A stretch of DNA of 63,472 bases, the filler included, from Octopus bimaculoides (lineage: Eukaryota): NCBI RefSeq assembly GCF_001194135.2. It is 6 parts of 6 records of this genome, joined end to end, with 100 filler letters (N's around TTAATTAATTAA, not from the genome) between each part and the next. Parts side by side here need not be neighbours in the genome. Positions count along the whole stretch, not along the records: positions 48,207 to 62,232 come from NC_068990.1; positions 62,333 to 63,472 come from NC_069005.1; 4 more parts are not named here. The stretch is one strand, 5' to 3'. Within the stretch, counting starts at the first letter, position 1. Each line of letters starts with the position of its first letter. The notes under the pieces were generated by a model, which worked only from the letters and a program-made list of their open reading frames with translations, was not told the origin of the DNA and made no database searches. A program made the position numbers and the translations under genes. Of the stretch, positions 50,481-62,834 are shown piece by piece.

Positions 50481-51039
50481 TATATGTAAATACACACACA
50501 CACACAACAGGTATTTTTCAGTTTCCATCTACCAAATCCACTCACAAGGCTTCAGTCAGCCTAGGGCTACAATACAAGACACTTCTTGCTCAAGGTGCAG
50601 TGAGACTGAACCTGAAACCACATGGATGGTTAAAAAGAGAACTTCTCAACCACACAGCAGCCAAGCCTGTATTAATAAAACCCTCAGAGAATGGTTTTAA
50701 TGGAGCTGAGATGTTGCCAAAAATGTTCATCAAGTATTGAGGAAAAAAAAATCAATTTTATAAAAATATCTGCTCATTTATTTTTACTTTATATTGCAAA
50801 ATGGGAACAATAGTATCATTACTTTCCAATGGGTCAATCACATGAGTGCCGAGAATCAGTGACTATTTTGTCTCTGACCAAATGCTGCTGATGTACAGAA
50901 GTAGTCTGGACAGAGCAAACTACAATTGTCCAGACTGTTACACTGCACCACATATAATTAACAATAATCCACCTCAAACTATCCCTGGTTCTAGGATATG
51001 ATTTTCTGGATTGAAAACGAGCTTAAATAGAAACCTTCC

Positions 51040-51330
51040 AGCACTTCATCCCACATCTTCCTGGGTCTACCCCTTCCATACATTCTCTCCATTATTAGAA
51101 CTCAGCACTTCTTGATGCAACAGTCTTCATCATACACATTACATGACAACTTACAAGCGCAGTCTTCTCTCTTGCACACTACACTAGATGCCTGCTGTAC
51201 CCAGTTTTGCACTCAAATCACTTACACCCAGTCATATATGCACACTGGGCATACACTGAGCATACTGGCTTCATTTCTCTCAAATCTTCATATGTCCTCA
51301 GTAGTTACAATCCATGCTTCACAGCTTATG
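51040..51330 (-). mobile_element. RTE ORF C-terminal fragment, CpG-decayed paralogue of 61920-62210
   Basis: CATCCCA..TCTTCCTGGGTCTACC..CTCTTGCACAC..GAGCATACTGGCTTCATT..GTCCTCAG collinear with the 61.9-62.2 kb copy. Confidence 0.75.
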
Positions 51331-51596
51331 TTACTAAATTTGTCTTTACTTTTCAAAATTAACTGAAACAAAGTTTATTTTACCATAAATTTGGTAACAA
51401 AGTAGTTAATCTAATGCCTCAGTATGTCTGTAATTACAACATTACTAATCTGGCAGAGTTCATTGTTTTATTTGACCATCTTTACTGATTCTTCTTGCTC
51501 TGGATGAACAGTGTCAGTGATAGAACCATGTTAAACATGAAATTTGGTTATAAAAACAGAAGTGATTGGAATACTTCTTTTCAAAGGTCATAGGTG

Positions 51597-51965
51597 CAAG
51601 GATGGCTGTGTGGTTAAGAAGTTTGCTTCCCAACTCTGTAGTTTCAGGTTCAGTCCCACTGTACAGTACCTTGAACAAGTGATTTCAATAATAACCTTGG
51701 CCTGACCTTAGTCTTGTAAGAGGAGTTGATAGACGGAAACTGTATGCCTGTGTGTGTGTGAGTATGTTTGTGTCTTAGTTGTAAATGAATGTCACCAAAA
51801 AAGAGTCCTTTGCTTTCAATCTTCTGTGAAGGTATGCCTGACCATGGGAGAAATATTTACCTTGCTGGGAAACGAGTGAGGGCTGAGGACAGGAAAGGCA
51901 TCCCAGCCACAGAAAATCTGCCTCTATGAATTCTGACCCATATCAGCATGGGAAAGTGGATGCTA
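51597..51965 (+). mobile_element. SINE family 1-related, CpG-decayed
   Basis: GATGGCTGTGTGGTTAAGAAGTTTGCTTCCC..GGTTCAGTCCCACTG head. Confidence 0.75.
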
Positions 51966-52726
51966 TGAAGATGATGATAAGATTACAACAATGGAGTATT
52001 GTATTAATCAGGATCAGAAGGGTATTGAAACTGAACATTAAATTAATTCACAAATAAGTTGGCTAAATTAATGAAAGTTCTCTGATGGATGAAATCTACA
52101 ATGAAGAAATCTTTCACAACTTAAAGTAAATATTTGGAATGATGCCAAAAGATATTAGATTATGGAACTGTGTGCAGTGCCAAATTTCAGCAAAAGCCTT
52201 GTTAATATGATGGCAAACTACTTTCTAAGATGTTTTATCAATTATGCATTGATAACGTCTTTTCTCAAACAATCAGTCTTTTGTTTTATTTGTGAACTCA
52301 TGAGAGATGTCAGATATGGTCATTAAAGTTCTTTGCCAACTTCTTTAAGATATACAGAAATTCCAATTAATGTTAAGAGTAGCATCACGCCAATGTTGGA
52401 GAATAGTGGGTTAACAGAAAACAACATCATCTTCTAGAATATCATTTAAGTGTAATAGAAACGTAATTAGTGTAGCATGGTGTTGTGGTTTAACCCCGAG
52501 TGGATCTTGACTGAGTAGATCTATGATCCAAACTGTTACGAATGTGACCATCCTGATCTTGTTCAAACAAATAATCTAAGACTATATTGTTCAATGCATA
52601 CTTCTTTTTTTTTATGAACATAAAATATGAGTTGAAGACGGGAATTTGGCTGCTATTTTTAGCAAGTTAATCTCAACTGCATAGAAGTAAAAATAAAACA
52701 TACACACTTGTGTATAACATTATATT

Positions 52727-52784
<58 letters not shown>

Positions 52785-53214
52785 GACATACATATTTGTA
52801 CATACGTATGTATATATATATATGTGCATATATACTTACTTATATACATGCATATTTACATACATATAAATATATATATAAAGTGAGAGGAGGAGGGAGG
52901 GAGAGAGAAAAGAGGGAGGGAGAGAGAAAGGAGGGAAGGGAGAGAAAGGAGGGAAGGGGAAGAGAAAGGAGGAGTAAAAAATTGCACCGAATGTCAACGA
53001 AGGTACACATTGTAAAAACACACAAGTGTATACATGAATGTGGGGGGGCATTTAGTGGGTATCACATTTATTGAGGGTATTCGCCACGTATATGAGTACG
53101 TAAGTGGACGTGGGTGGGTATATATATGTGTGTGTGTGTGTGATTATTATTGTATGTATGAGTATGAGCACTTGCTTGCACTGGCATAAGTAGATTTATG
53201 CATTTATATGCCTC

Positions 53215-54115
53215 TGCGAGGTCTGATCATTAAGTGCCCGGACTGTTGCCATAGTAACGAAGCTAAAGCACGCAGAGTGAAGCCACTTGGCAAAGATTGA
53301 ACTTGAACTCTGCAGTGCATGTGCACTAAGTTTTAACATTCTATCTCACTTCTGCTGTTTACAGCAGTGCTTGGAAGGAAGGTGTGTAGCGTGTGATCAT
53401 TGCATTGACCATGACAGAGAAAGTTGTCATGGCGATACCTACTCAGAGGCCTATTCAAAGCTGCAGAGAGTGTATGGAGACAAGTGTATGAGCAGCAACA
53501 CAAGTGTATGAGTGGTTAAGATGTTTCCAAGATGGCTGAAAAAATGTCGATATTGACAAACGTTCTGGGAGGCCCGCAACCAGCAGAGCTGAGAAAAACA
53601 TCACAGATGTGCGTGCAGCTGTGAGGGAAAAATCGCTGAATCACCAACCATGAGTTATCAGAGGATGTGCAGATTAGTTAGGGTTCAGTTCAGTCCATTA
53701 TCACTGAAGGTTTAAGTATGAGACTTGTGTCTGCCAAATTTGTACCAAAACTACTTTCAGCTGACCAAAAAGTCACTCAGGTTTCAGTTGCACAAGATCT
53801 CCTTGGTTGTGTCAAGAATGATGAAAACTTCATGAAAACTTTACGTAGGCCTCCGAGCAGATATCGTCAAGCTTTTGGCAAAATTTGATGCAGATTCTCA
53901 GCACAACTCTCTTTGCCATGGTCAATGTGATGATCACACACTACACACCTTCCTTTCAAACACTGCTGTAAACAGTGGAAGTAAGCTAGAATGTTAAAAT
54001 TTAGTGCACATGTACAGCAGAGTTCAAGATCAATCTGTGCCAAGTGGCTTCACCCTACGTGCTTCAGCTTCGCTACTATGGCAACAGTCCGGATACTTAT
54101 TCATCAGATCATGTA
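53215..54115 (+). mobile_element. Non-autonomous mariner (901 bp) with 213-bp TIRs around a transposase N-terminal relic
   Basis: Arms 53215-53427 and 53903-54115 align end to end; core encodes VYEWLRCFQDG*KNVDIDKRSGRPATS and KFVPKLLSADQK (WVPxxL equivalent); ends TG/TA. Confidence 0.88.
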
Positions 54116-56704
54116 TGTACACAAATGTACATACGCACTTAGGCGTCTGGTTTTTCCCTACCATTTCTTTTTATTACTCTTGTTTTATCAATATAAAGAC
54201 CCTGTCAACTATTGAGAAACAACATCAATTTCATTGATAACCCTTTAAACAAAACCATGCACTCTTTTCTCTCTTTGTTTTAGTCTTGCTCTCTCTACTT
54301 CCTTCTCAATTTAATTCCCTCCCCAATCCATTTCCTTTACTGAGTTCCTCAATATAAACTTGGTACTAACTTAAACCTATCACTCTCTGACCGAATTTGA
54401 GTTGGCAGAGTCATCTGGCACTATGTACTTGTTCTTGAGAAGTCCTAATTGTTAATTCTTACCGTTTTCATCAAGTGATGAAAACGGTTTTTTTTTTGCA
54501 TGATGTAACACTTCTGTTCATCAATAAAAAAAAGGGCATGTCTGAAACAGCTGTAGTGAACCACAATCCATTTGTTGTGTGTGTGTGTGTGTGCGTGTGT
54601 GTGTGTTCTTTAATTCTTTCACTTGTTTTAGTCATTTAGCTGCAGCCATGCTAGAGCACCAAAATGGCTCAAGATTAGCGCATCACACTTGAAACTCGGA
54701 GTACCAGCAAATTTGAATCAAGCTGTTTTGAGATATATATATATATANNNNNNNNNNNNNNNNNNNNNNNNNNNNNNNNNNNNNNNNNNNNNNNNNNNNN
54801 NNNNNNNNNNNNNNNNNNNNNNNNNNNNNNNNNNNNNNNNNNNNNNNNNNNNNNNNNNNNNNNNNNNNNNNNNNNNNNNNNNNNNNNNNNNNNNNNNNNN
54901 NNNNNNNNNNNNNNNNNNNNNNNNNNNNNNNNNNNNNNNNNNNNNNNNNNNNNNNNNNNNNNNNNNNNNNNNNNNNNNNNNNNNNNNNNNNNNNNNNNNN
55001 NNNNNNNNNNNNNNNNNNNNNNNNNNNNNNNNNNNNNNNNNNNNNNNNNNNNNNNNNNNNNNNNNNNNNNNNNATATATATATATATATACGTACATGTA
55101 CAAATACATGTACATATCCATACATGTCTACATACATATATACACGTGCATACACTCACACGCTCTCCCTCTCTCTCGAAACACACACACACAAATGTGA
55201 TAAAGTAAAAGCAGTAACTAATCTACATTCCTCCGCCAGAAACTTGTCTTACCTGCCAGTATTAACGACGACATGTTACAATTCTTATTAGCGAATGTCA
55301 CCTGGCTACATTGTAACCCTGTCACTTAATTCTTCACCTCGGTACTTCTATTAATAACCACTACTATCTTTCGTTGTAGTTACTCTTGAATATGTCTCCA
55401 CCTGTTTTCATCTTAACAACCGCTATTTCCAGCTGTTTTAGTTATCCTGTTAAATGTCTGCACCAGAGTACATTTATAAACAATAACTACTACATAGAAA
55501 CATCCATTAATTATATATATNNNNNNNNNNNNNNNNNNNNNNNNNNNNNNNNNNNNNNNNNNNNNNNNNNNNNNNNNNNNNNNNNNNNNNNNNNNNNNNN
55601 NNNNTATATAACCGGTAGAATGATACGTATAAATACTAATCTACATCATTTCAAATGTAACATCTTCAGTTATTCTTATTCTACAATCTAGAAGAATCTT
55701 CTCATACTTAAATGTGTACATATCTATATGCACACATCGATATATTTCTGTGTGCGCGCACGCATATACTTCAGATTTCACACACACACTACACGATAAA
55801 TATATGCACACGTGTGTGCGCGCACACGCAAACACATACAGTGTGATCCCCCCTACCTCTTCTCTAGATTACATTCGGTTATCATGCAATCAACAGTAAT
55901 AGCAAGAAAATTATGTGTATTCCGCAATTTGTTTTTTATTATTAATCCTAGCACAGCACGATGCAAGGCGAACCCGTTTTGGCCCCCGTTCTACACATCT
56001 AAAATCCTACAACTACTACTAGTGGTATACTACCAGCACTAGTTAGGTTCTTTCTTCTTTAAGTCACAATGTGATAAACGAAGACGTTGGGTGGTTGTTA
56101 CAACTACCACACACTCACTCATTCATTCATTCATAGGAAACAGAGCATCACTCGAGATTTTAAACGGCTCTTCGTGATGGATTTTTAGTTTGGTAAAATC
56201 GTTATCAAATTTGGTCCAGATATATTCTGGATAATTAGATTTATATCTGTCTAATACAGATATGAGAGTCGAGACAGATATATAGGCGTATGTTACAGCT
56301 TTAATACGCGCATATATATGTACGCGCGCGCGCATACATACAATGTAGAAGTGACAGTGTATATTCTACATGCCAACACATTTGCATGTGTAGAAGACGT
56401 GTCATGTATGTATAAAGAGGTTAAAGACTAAGAGATATGGAGAGACAGAGAGAGGAGAAATAAGGCAAGCTACAACTAGAGAAAGAGAGAGAAAATATAG
56501 AGGGTGAGAAATAAAGGAGTAAAACAATGGGGCATGCCGATGATAATAATTCTTTATTATTGTTGCAAGGGCGACGAATGGAGGGGAGAATTTAAAGAGA
56601 CATTACAAAAAAAGGGTGTCACAAGTCCACACATTTTGGACGAAAGGTGGAATTGTAATAATAATTTCTCAAGCACAAGGTCTGGAATATGGCACACGGC
56701 CATA

Positions 56705-56880
56705 AATTATGGGGAAAGAGGGATATAGTCAATAAAACCGGTCCTCGTACTTGACTGATACTTATTATTATTATTATTGATCCCTCCAAAAGAAAGCTCC
56801 ACCTCGGTGGGATTTGAACTCAGAATGTGTAAAGGGACGTAACTAAATACCGCAAGGTATTTCGTATAGTCGGAATAGTA
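56705..56880 (-). mobile_element. SINE family 2, diverged
   Basis: CACCTCGGTGGGATTTGAACTCAGAA core. Confidence 0.7.
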
Positions 56881-57667
56881 ATTAATAGGAAGAAAAACCT
56901 CAACAACATTTGGGAACGGGGTATATGAGTGTGTGATGTTGATGCCTTTCTCGAAGGCTTTAGTGATGCAATGTGAAATGAGAAGACACCAAGTAAATAA
57001 TAATGATTTATTGCATTGGCATTTGGACTGGACTGGCTGGCACTTGGAGGGAGAAAACAGAATTGTGAAAGATATAGCAGGCACGAGAAGGATTTGAACT
57101 CGGAACATAAAAGGGCGTAATTAACTATTTTGTCCTCTACTCTACCAATAATGTTTTCGTTATTTATAATGATAATAAAAATAATGTGAAGGTTTCTGAA
57201 AAAATATAAGAATTCGTCTACAAAAGAAACAATTTCTGTCAGAAGAAGCGAATTCTCATGCGAACGGGTTCGTGAATTGCATATATTCAATTTTAATGCC
57301 CCTTAGATGGAAGACGAGGTTGACCTACGAAGGATTCGAAGAAGCACATGCGAACGAATTAAATGCTGAAAAAAAAAACCCTGGTCAAAAGCTAATGATA
57401 CCATAAATACACCATTAGTAATCCCACAGTAGACGTGTGTACGTATGTATGTAAGCAACTGGCCGAATCCGGAATCGAATGCGGCTCTTCGTGTATTGAT
57501 GACCATATATTATAAACATTAACGCACTTGCCATGTCTAAGCTCATTTTTCGGCTAAAGTCATGATAGTTCAATCATCTTCATTGATACATATAGAAATT
57601 ATTAAAAGACTGTGTGTAATTTAATTATTGCTTTATCTGACACTTGATTGCACCCTCAGTAAAGAAC

Positions 57668-57704
<37 letters not shown>

Positions 57705-57714
57705 TGAAACTCAC

Positions 57715-57931
57715 CTCTACTGTCATCGCAAGACCTTTCGATGGTTTAGTGACTTTCTTTTTACCAGTTCCTCCTGCATTGCAAGCAACGGGTGAGAAGA
57801 AGAAGAAGCAGGTAAGAGTCAGGCTTAAAGTGATGATGCCAACCATAGCAGAGCAACGAGGCGTTGAGGGGTGCAGCATTTTGAAAAGAAGTGCTTTGCT
57901 GCCCACTCTGACAATTGAAAAGCTACGTTGA
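57715..57931 (-). CDS. Candidate host-gene exon with start codon and signal peptide (MLHPSTPRCSAMVGIITLSLTLTCFFFFSPVACNA-GGTGKKKVTKPSKGLAMTVE)
   Basis: Acceptor ATTTCTTCACAG at 57932 with upstream pyrimidine tract; CAAAATG start context at 57879; hydrophobic core ending A-C-N-A; phase-0 donor GAG|GTGAGT; unique sequence. Family not recognised. Confidence 0.55.
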
Positions 57932-58514
57932 CTGTGAAGAAATGTTGGTAAGATAGCGCAGAGAAAATAAGACCACGACAAGGAACTATAAAATATAATA
58001 ATAATAATAATAATAAATATAGAATTATATATATTTGTGTGTGAGTGTGTTGTGTATGTCTTTAAAGAATTTACGTTTCTTAATCTGCGTGTATTAGCAT
58101 AGTCGCGTGTTATGTATTACTTTTTTTTATTTATACAATACTAATATAATATAAATATATTAATGATTATTTTAAAATCAATTATCCCTTGTATATTTTT
58201 CGATATACGTAATTATTCCATCCAAATGCAGTTTCTTTTTTTTTCTTTTTGATGTTGTTATACTGATAGATAAACATATACGATTCGTATCTGAGTTTCG
58301 AATATAATAAAGCCACGACAGGTTTGTGTTTACAGGTTCGTTATTTTCAAACAAGTGTTTCCTGCTGGAATGTAGATGACACGACATGGAGTACACGAAG
58401 CATGTGTTAGGGAGGTAGACGTGGTTATAGAGAGGGGGGGTAGAGCGTGATTGGAAGCTTGTGTTAGGGGGAGTTGACGGGGGAAGGAAGTAGAGTGAGA
58501 AAGTCTCATATGGA

Positions 58515-58545
<31 letters not shown>

Positions 58546-58549
58546 GACG

Positions 58550-58599
<50 letters not shown>

Positions 58600-59500
58600 N
58601 NNNNNNNNNNNNNNNNNNNNNNNNNNNNNNNNNNNNNNNNNNNNNNNNNNNNNNNNNNNNNNNNNNNNNNNNNNNNNNNNNNNNNNNNNNNNNNNNNNNN
58701 NNNNNNNNNNNNNNNNNNNNNNNNNNNNNNNNNNNNNNNNNNNNNNNNNNNNNNNNNNNNNNNNNNNNNNNNNNNNNNNNNNNNNNNNNNNNNNNNNNNN
58801 NNNNNNNNNNNNNNNNNNNNNNNNNNNNNNNNNNNNNNNNNNNNNNNNNNNNNNNNNNNNNNNNNNNNNNNNNNNNNNNNNNNNNNNNNNNNNNNNNNNN
58901 NNNNNNNNNNNNNNNNNNNNNNNNNNNNNNNNNNNNNNNNNNNNNNNNNNNNNNNNNNNNNNNNNNNNNNNNNNNNNNNNNNNNNNNNNNNNNNNNNNNN
59001 NNNNNNNNNNNNNNNNNNNNNNNNNNNNNNNNNNNNNNNNNNNNNNNNNNNNNNNNNNNNNNNNNNNNNNNNNNNNNNNNNNNNNNNNNNNNNNNNNNNN
59101 NNNNNNNNNNNNNNNNNNNNNNNNNNNNNNNNNNNNNNNNNNNNNNNNNNNNNNNNNNNNNNNNNNNNNNNNNNNNNNNNNNNNNNNNNNNNNNNNNNNN
59201 NNNNNNNNNNNNNNNNNNNNNNNNNNNNNNNNNNNNNNNNNNNNNNNNNNNNNNNNNNNNNNNNNNNNNNNNNNNNNNNNNNNNNNNNNNNNNNNNNNNN
59301 NNNNNNNNNNNNNNNNNNNNNNNNNNNNNNNNNNNNNNNNNNNNNNNNNNNNNNNNNNNNNNNNNNNNNNNNNNNNNNNNNNNNNNNNNNNNNNNNNNNN
59401 NNNNNNNNNNNNNNNNNNNNNNNNNNNNNNNNNNNNNNNNNNNNNNNNNNNNNNNNNNNNNNNNNNNNNNNNNNNNNNNNNNNNNNNNNNNNNNNNNNNN

Positions 59501-59860
59501 AAAGGAAGGAGGCGCGACAATATTCACGATAGACTCGGCTGATAGACCGACTCGTCCCACATGTGATAGCAGTTGTTCGACGTAAGCCCACAGCTCGGAA
59601 ATGGTGGGACACTGTACGAGTGCGTTCAGAACGGTTTCGTCGCTCTGCCGGCATCTCGGACAGGTCGGCCCCGTGTTTCTCGAGCCATGCCTGTAGAGCT
59701 TATCCCGAACGGGTAGTGCTTCTCGATAGCACTGCCAGGCCAGGGATTTCTGGAAGTTGTCCATAGGTCCCGGCCCGAAGGTCGTCTTAAACAGGCAGGT
59801 CAGGTATTCCTCGTCAACGCCCAGGTTCGCCCCAAGATCGTCGTCGTACCTTCCCTCCAC
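59501..59860 (-). mobile_element. L1/Tx1 LINE ORF2 C-terminal zinc-binding region
   Basis: SLAWQCYREALPVRDKL..TCPRCRQSDETVLNALVQCPTISELW (CxxC..H/N..C..W, zf-RVT-like); 3' end in a gap. Confidence 0.85.
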
Positions 59861-59924
59861 TAATCCACTATAGAATGCTAGATAGATAGATAGATAGAGA
59901 GATAGATAGATGTATTTGCGTGTC

Positions 59925-60070
59925 TGTGTTCATCTCCTTACCATCGCTTGACAACCGATGCTGGTGTATTTACGTCCCCGTAACTTAGTGGTTTGGCAAA
60001 AGTGACAGATAGAATAAGTACTAGGCTTACAACAAATAAGTCCTGGGGTCAATTTGTTCGACTAAAAGGA
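59925..60070 (+). mobile_element. SINE family 1, 3' half
   Basis: CATCGCTTGACAACCGATGCTGGTGT..AGAATAAGTACTAGGCTTAC..GTCCTGGGGTC. Confidence 0.8.
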
Positions 60071-61204
60071 TATATATATATATATCATGCTTTCCCTGAT
60101 GAGAAGGTTACAATTTTAATATCAAAGATCCCTATGGATCACACAGGTTGTAATCCTTTGAAACATATGTAGGAATAAAGTATGCAATTATAACATGCAT
60201 TTTCTCCAATCCTTAAATTCTTAAATATACTCAAATACCCAAAATTTCAAGGAGTTCCTGCCTTAAAAACAGGAACTAAACCACAGTTATTTTGTGTTCT
60301 TTGCTACATTGGTTTCTATTAACCCAATTAGTCTATCAGAAGAATTTTTATTCATTAAGATAGAAGAAATACACATAATTATATATATGCATATATATAT
60401 ATATATATGCATATATATATANNNNNNNNNNNNNNNNNNNNNNNNNNNNNNNNNNNNNNNNNNNNNNNNNNNNNNNNNNNNNNNNNNNNNNNNNNNNNNN
60501 NNNNNNNNNNNNNNNNNNNNNNNNNNNNNNNNNNNNNNNNNNNNNNNNNNNNNNNNNNNNNNNNNNNNNNNNNNNNNNNNNNNNNNNNNNNNNNNNNNNN
60601 NNNNNNNNNNNNNNNNNNNNNNNNNNNNNNNNNNNNNNNNNNNNNNNNNNNNNNNNNNNNNNNNNNNNNNNNNNNNNNNNNNNNNNNNNNNNNNNNNNNN
60701 NNNNNNNNNNNNNNNNNNNNNNNNNNNNNNNNNNNNNNNNNNNNNNNNNNNNNNNNNNNNNNNNNNNNNNNNNNNNNNNNNNNNNNNNNNNNNNNNNNNN
60801 NNNNNNNNNNNNNNNNNNNNNNNNNNNNNNNNNNNNNNNNNNNNNNNNNNNNNNNNNNNNNNNNNNNNNNNNNNNNNNNNNNNNNNNNNNNNNNNNNNNN
60901 NNNNNNNNNNNNNNNNNNNNNNNNNNNNNNNNNNNNNNNNNNNNNNNNNNNNNNNNNNNNNNNNNNNNNNNNNNNNNNNNNNNNNNNNNNNNNNNNNNNN
61001 NNNNNNNNNNNNNNNNNNNNNNNNNNNNNNNNNNNNNNNNNNNNNNNNNNNNNNNNNNNNNNNNNNNNNNNNNNNNNNNNNNNNNNNNNNNNNNNNNNNN
61101 NNNNNNNNNNNNNNNNNNNNNNNNNNNNNNNNNNNNNNNNNNNNNNNNNNNNNNNNNNNNNNNNNNNTGTGTGTGTGTGTGTGTGTGCGTGTGTCTGTGT
61201 ATAT

Positions 61205-61235
<31 letters not shown>

Positions 61236-61244
61236 GTGTGTCGT

Positions 61245-62232
61245 CGTCATCATCATCATCGTTTAACGTCCGCTTTCCATGCTAGCATGGGTTGGATGAT
61301 TTGACTGAGGACTGGCAAACCAGATGGATGCACCAGGCTCCAAGCAGATCTGGCAGAGTTTCTACTGCTGGATTCCCTTCCTAACGCCAACCACTCCAAA
61401 AGTGTAATGGTGTTTTTTACATGCCACCTGCACAGGAGTCAGTCCAGTGGTACTGGCAACAACCTCACTCAAATGTTTTGTTCACGTGCCAGTAAGGCGA
61501 CTCTGGTAACGATCATGCTCAAATAGTGCCTTTTACATGCCACCGGCACGGAAGCCAGACAGCTGCTCTGGCAGTGATCCCACTTGGATGGTGCTGTTAG
61601 CGCTCCACTGGCATGGGTGCCAGTCATCGAGTATGGTTCAATTACGATTTCACTTGCCCCAACAGGTCTTCGCAAGCAGAGTTTAGTGTCCAATGAAGGA
61701 AGGTTGGCATGGGTACCAGTCATCAAATTTGGTTCTATTTCGATTTCACTTGCCTCAACAGGTATTTGCAAGCAGAGTTTAGTGTCCAAAGAAGGAACGG
61801 TACGCATAAGTGGGCTGGCTACACCCCTGTAAAGGCCACAGGTTATGGTCTCACTTGTTTTGCCGGGTTTTCTCACGTACAGCCTCGGTGAGGCCTAATG
61901 TTCGAAGGTCGTGCTTCACCACCTCATCCCAGGTCTTCCTGGGTCTACCTCTTCCACAGGTTCCCTCAACCACTAGGGTGTGGAACTTTTTCACACAGCT
62001 ATCTTCATCCATTCTCGCCACATGACCATACCAGCGCAATCGTCTCTCTTGCACACCACAACTTATGCTTCTTAGGTCCAACTTTTCTCTCAAGGTACTT
62101 ACACTCTGTCGAGTATGCACACTGACATTACACATCCATTGGAGCATACTGGCTTCATTCCTTGTGAGCTTACGCATGTCCTCAGCAGTCACGGCCCATG
62201 TTTCACTGCCATGTAGCATGGCTGTTTGTACA
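61245..62232 (-). mobile_element. RTE-clade LINE 3' end with long repetitive 3' UTR and (GAT)n tail
   Basis: MLHGSETWAVT..RRLRWYGHVARMDE..RGRPRKTWDEVVKHDL; 96-bp tandem duplication 61611-61802; cut by a linker. Confidence 0.92.
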
Positions 62233-62834
62233 NNNNNNNNNNNNNNNNNNNNNNNNNNNNNNNNNNNNNNNNNNNNTTAATTAATTAANNNNNNNNNNNN
62301 NNNNNNNNNNNNNNNNNNNNNNNNNNNNNNNNTGTGTGTGTGTGTGTGTGTATGCGTGTGTTGAAAATTCATACATTTACACAACTCCAAATTTCTTGAA
62401 TGAAAGAATCGGAATTAATATTCTAAATACCATAACTTAGGTCACAGCATCATTTTCCCCGTCAAAATAACTCCTAATTACGAATAAAATCCATTAAACT
62501 ACACAAATTAACATTTTCTCCCATCCAATTTCAGCAGCAAGTATTCAGGAAAAAGCTTATGGGAAGTTCAAGTTTGCATATAGGGCTCAAGATGATGTTT
62601 TTGAGAAAACAATTTGTCTTATATGCCATTAAATACAGTACACCATACACTTGACCCATACTCCTGGCTATCTATACACTACGACTGATTTTTAATGAAT
62701 CCCATTGGTGCAGGAAATTCTGGTATGCATATAAGACAAAGAAGAACATGAATATATCAGTATAGCATAAGTTTAATATCCGTTACAATTGTTTCAGTAC
62801 CACTCAGCTTCAAACCACATTAGATAAGACTTGT

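Noticed and set aside
54461-54497. Hairpin plus T run resembling a bacterial intrinsic terminator (also 34032-34078)
   Set aside because: Eukaryotic repeat context with no bacterial-like genes; kept only as structural observations.
56123-56335. Minus ORF ..RYKSNYPEYIWTKFDNDFTKLKIHHEEPFK.. as the next exon after 57715
   Set aside because: The nearest acceptor gives phase 1, incompatible with the phase-0 donor; no family recognised.
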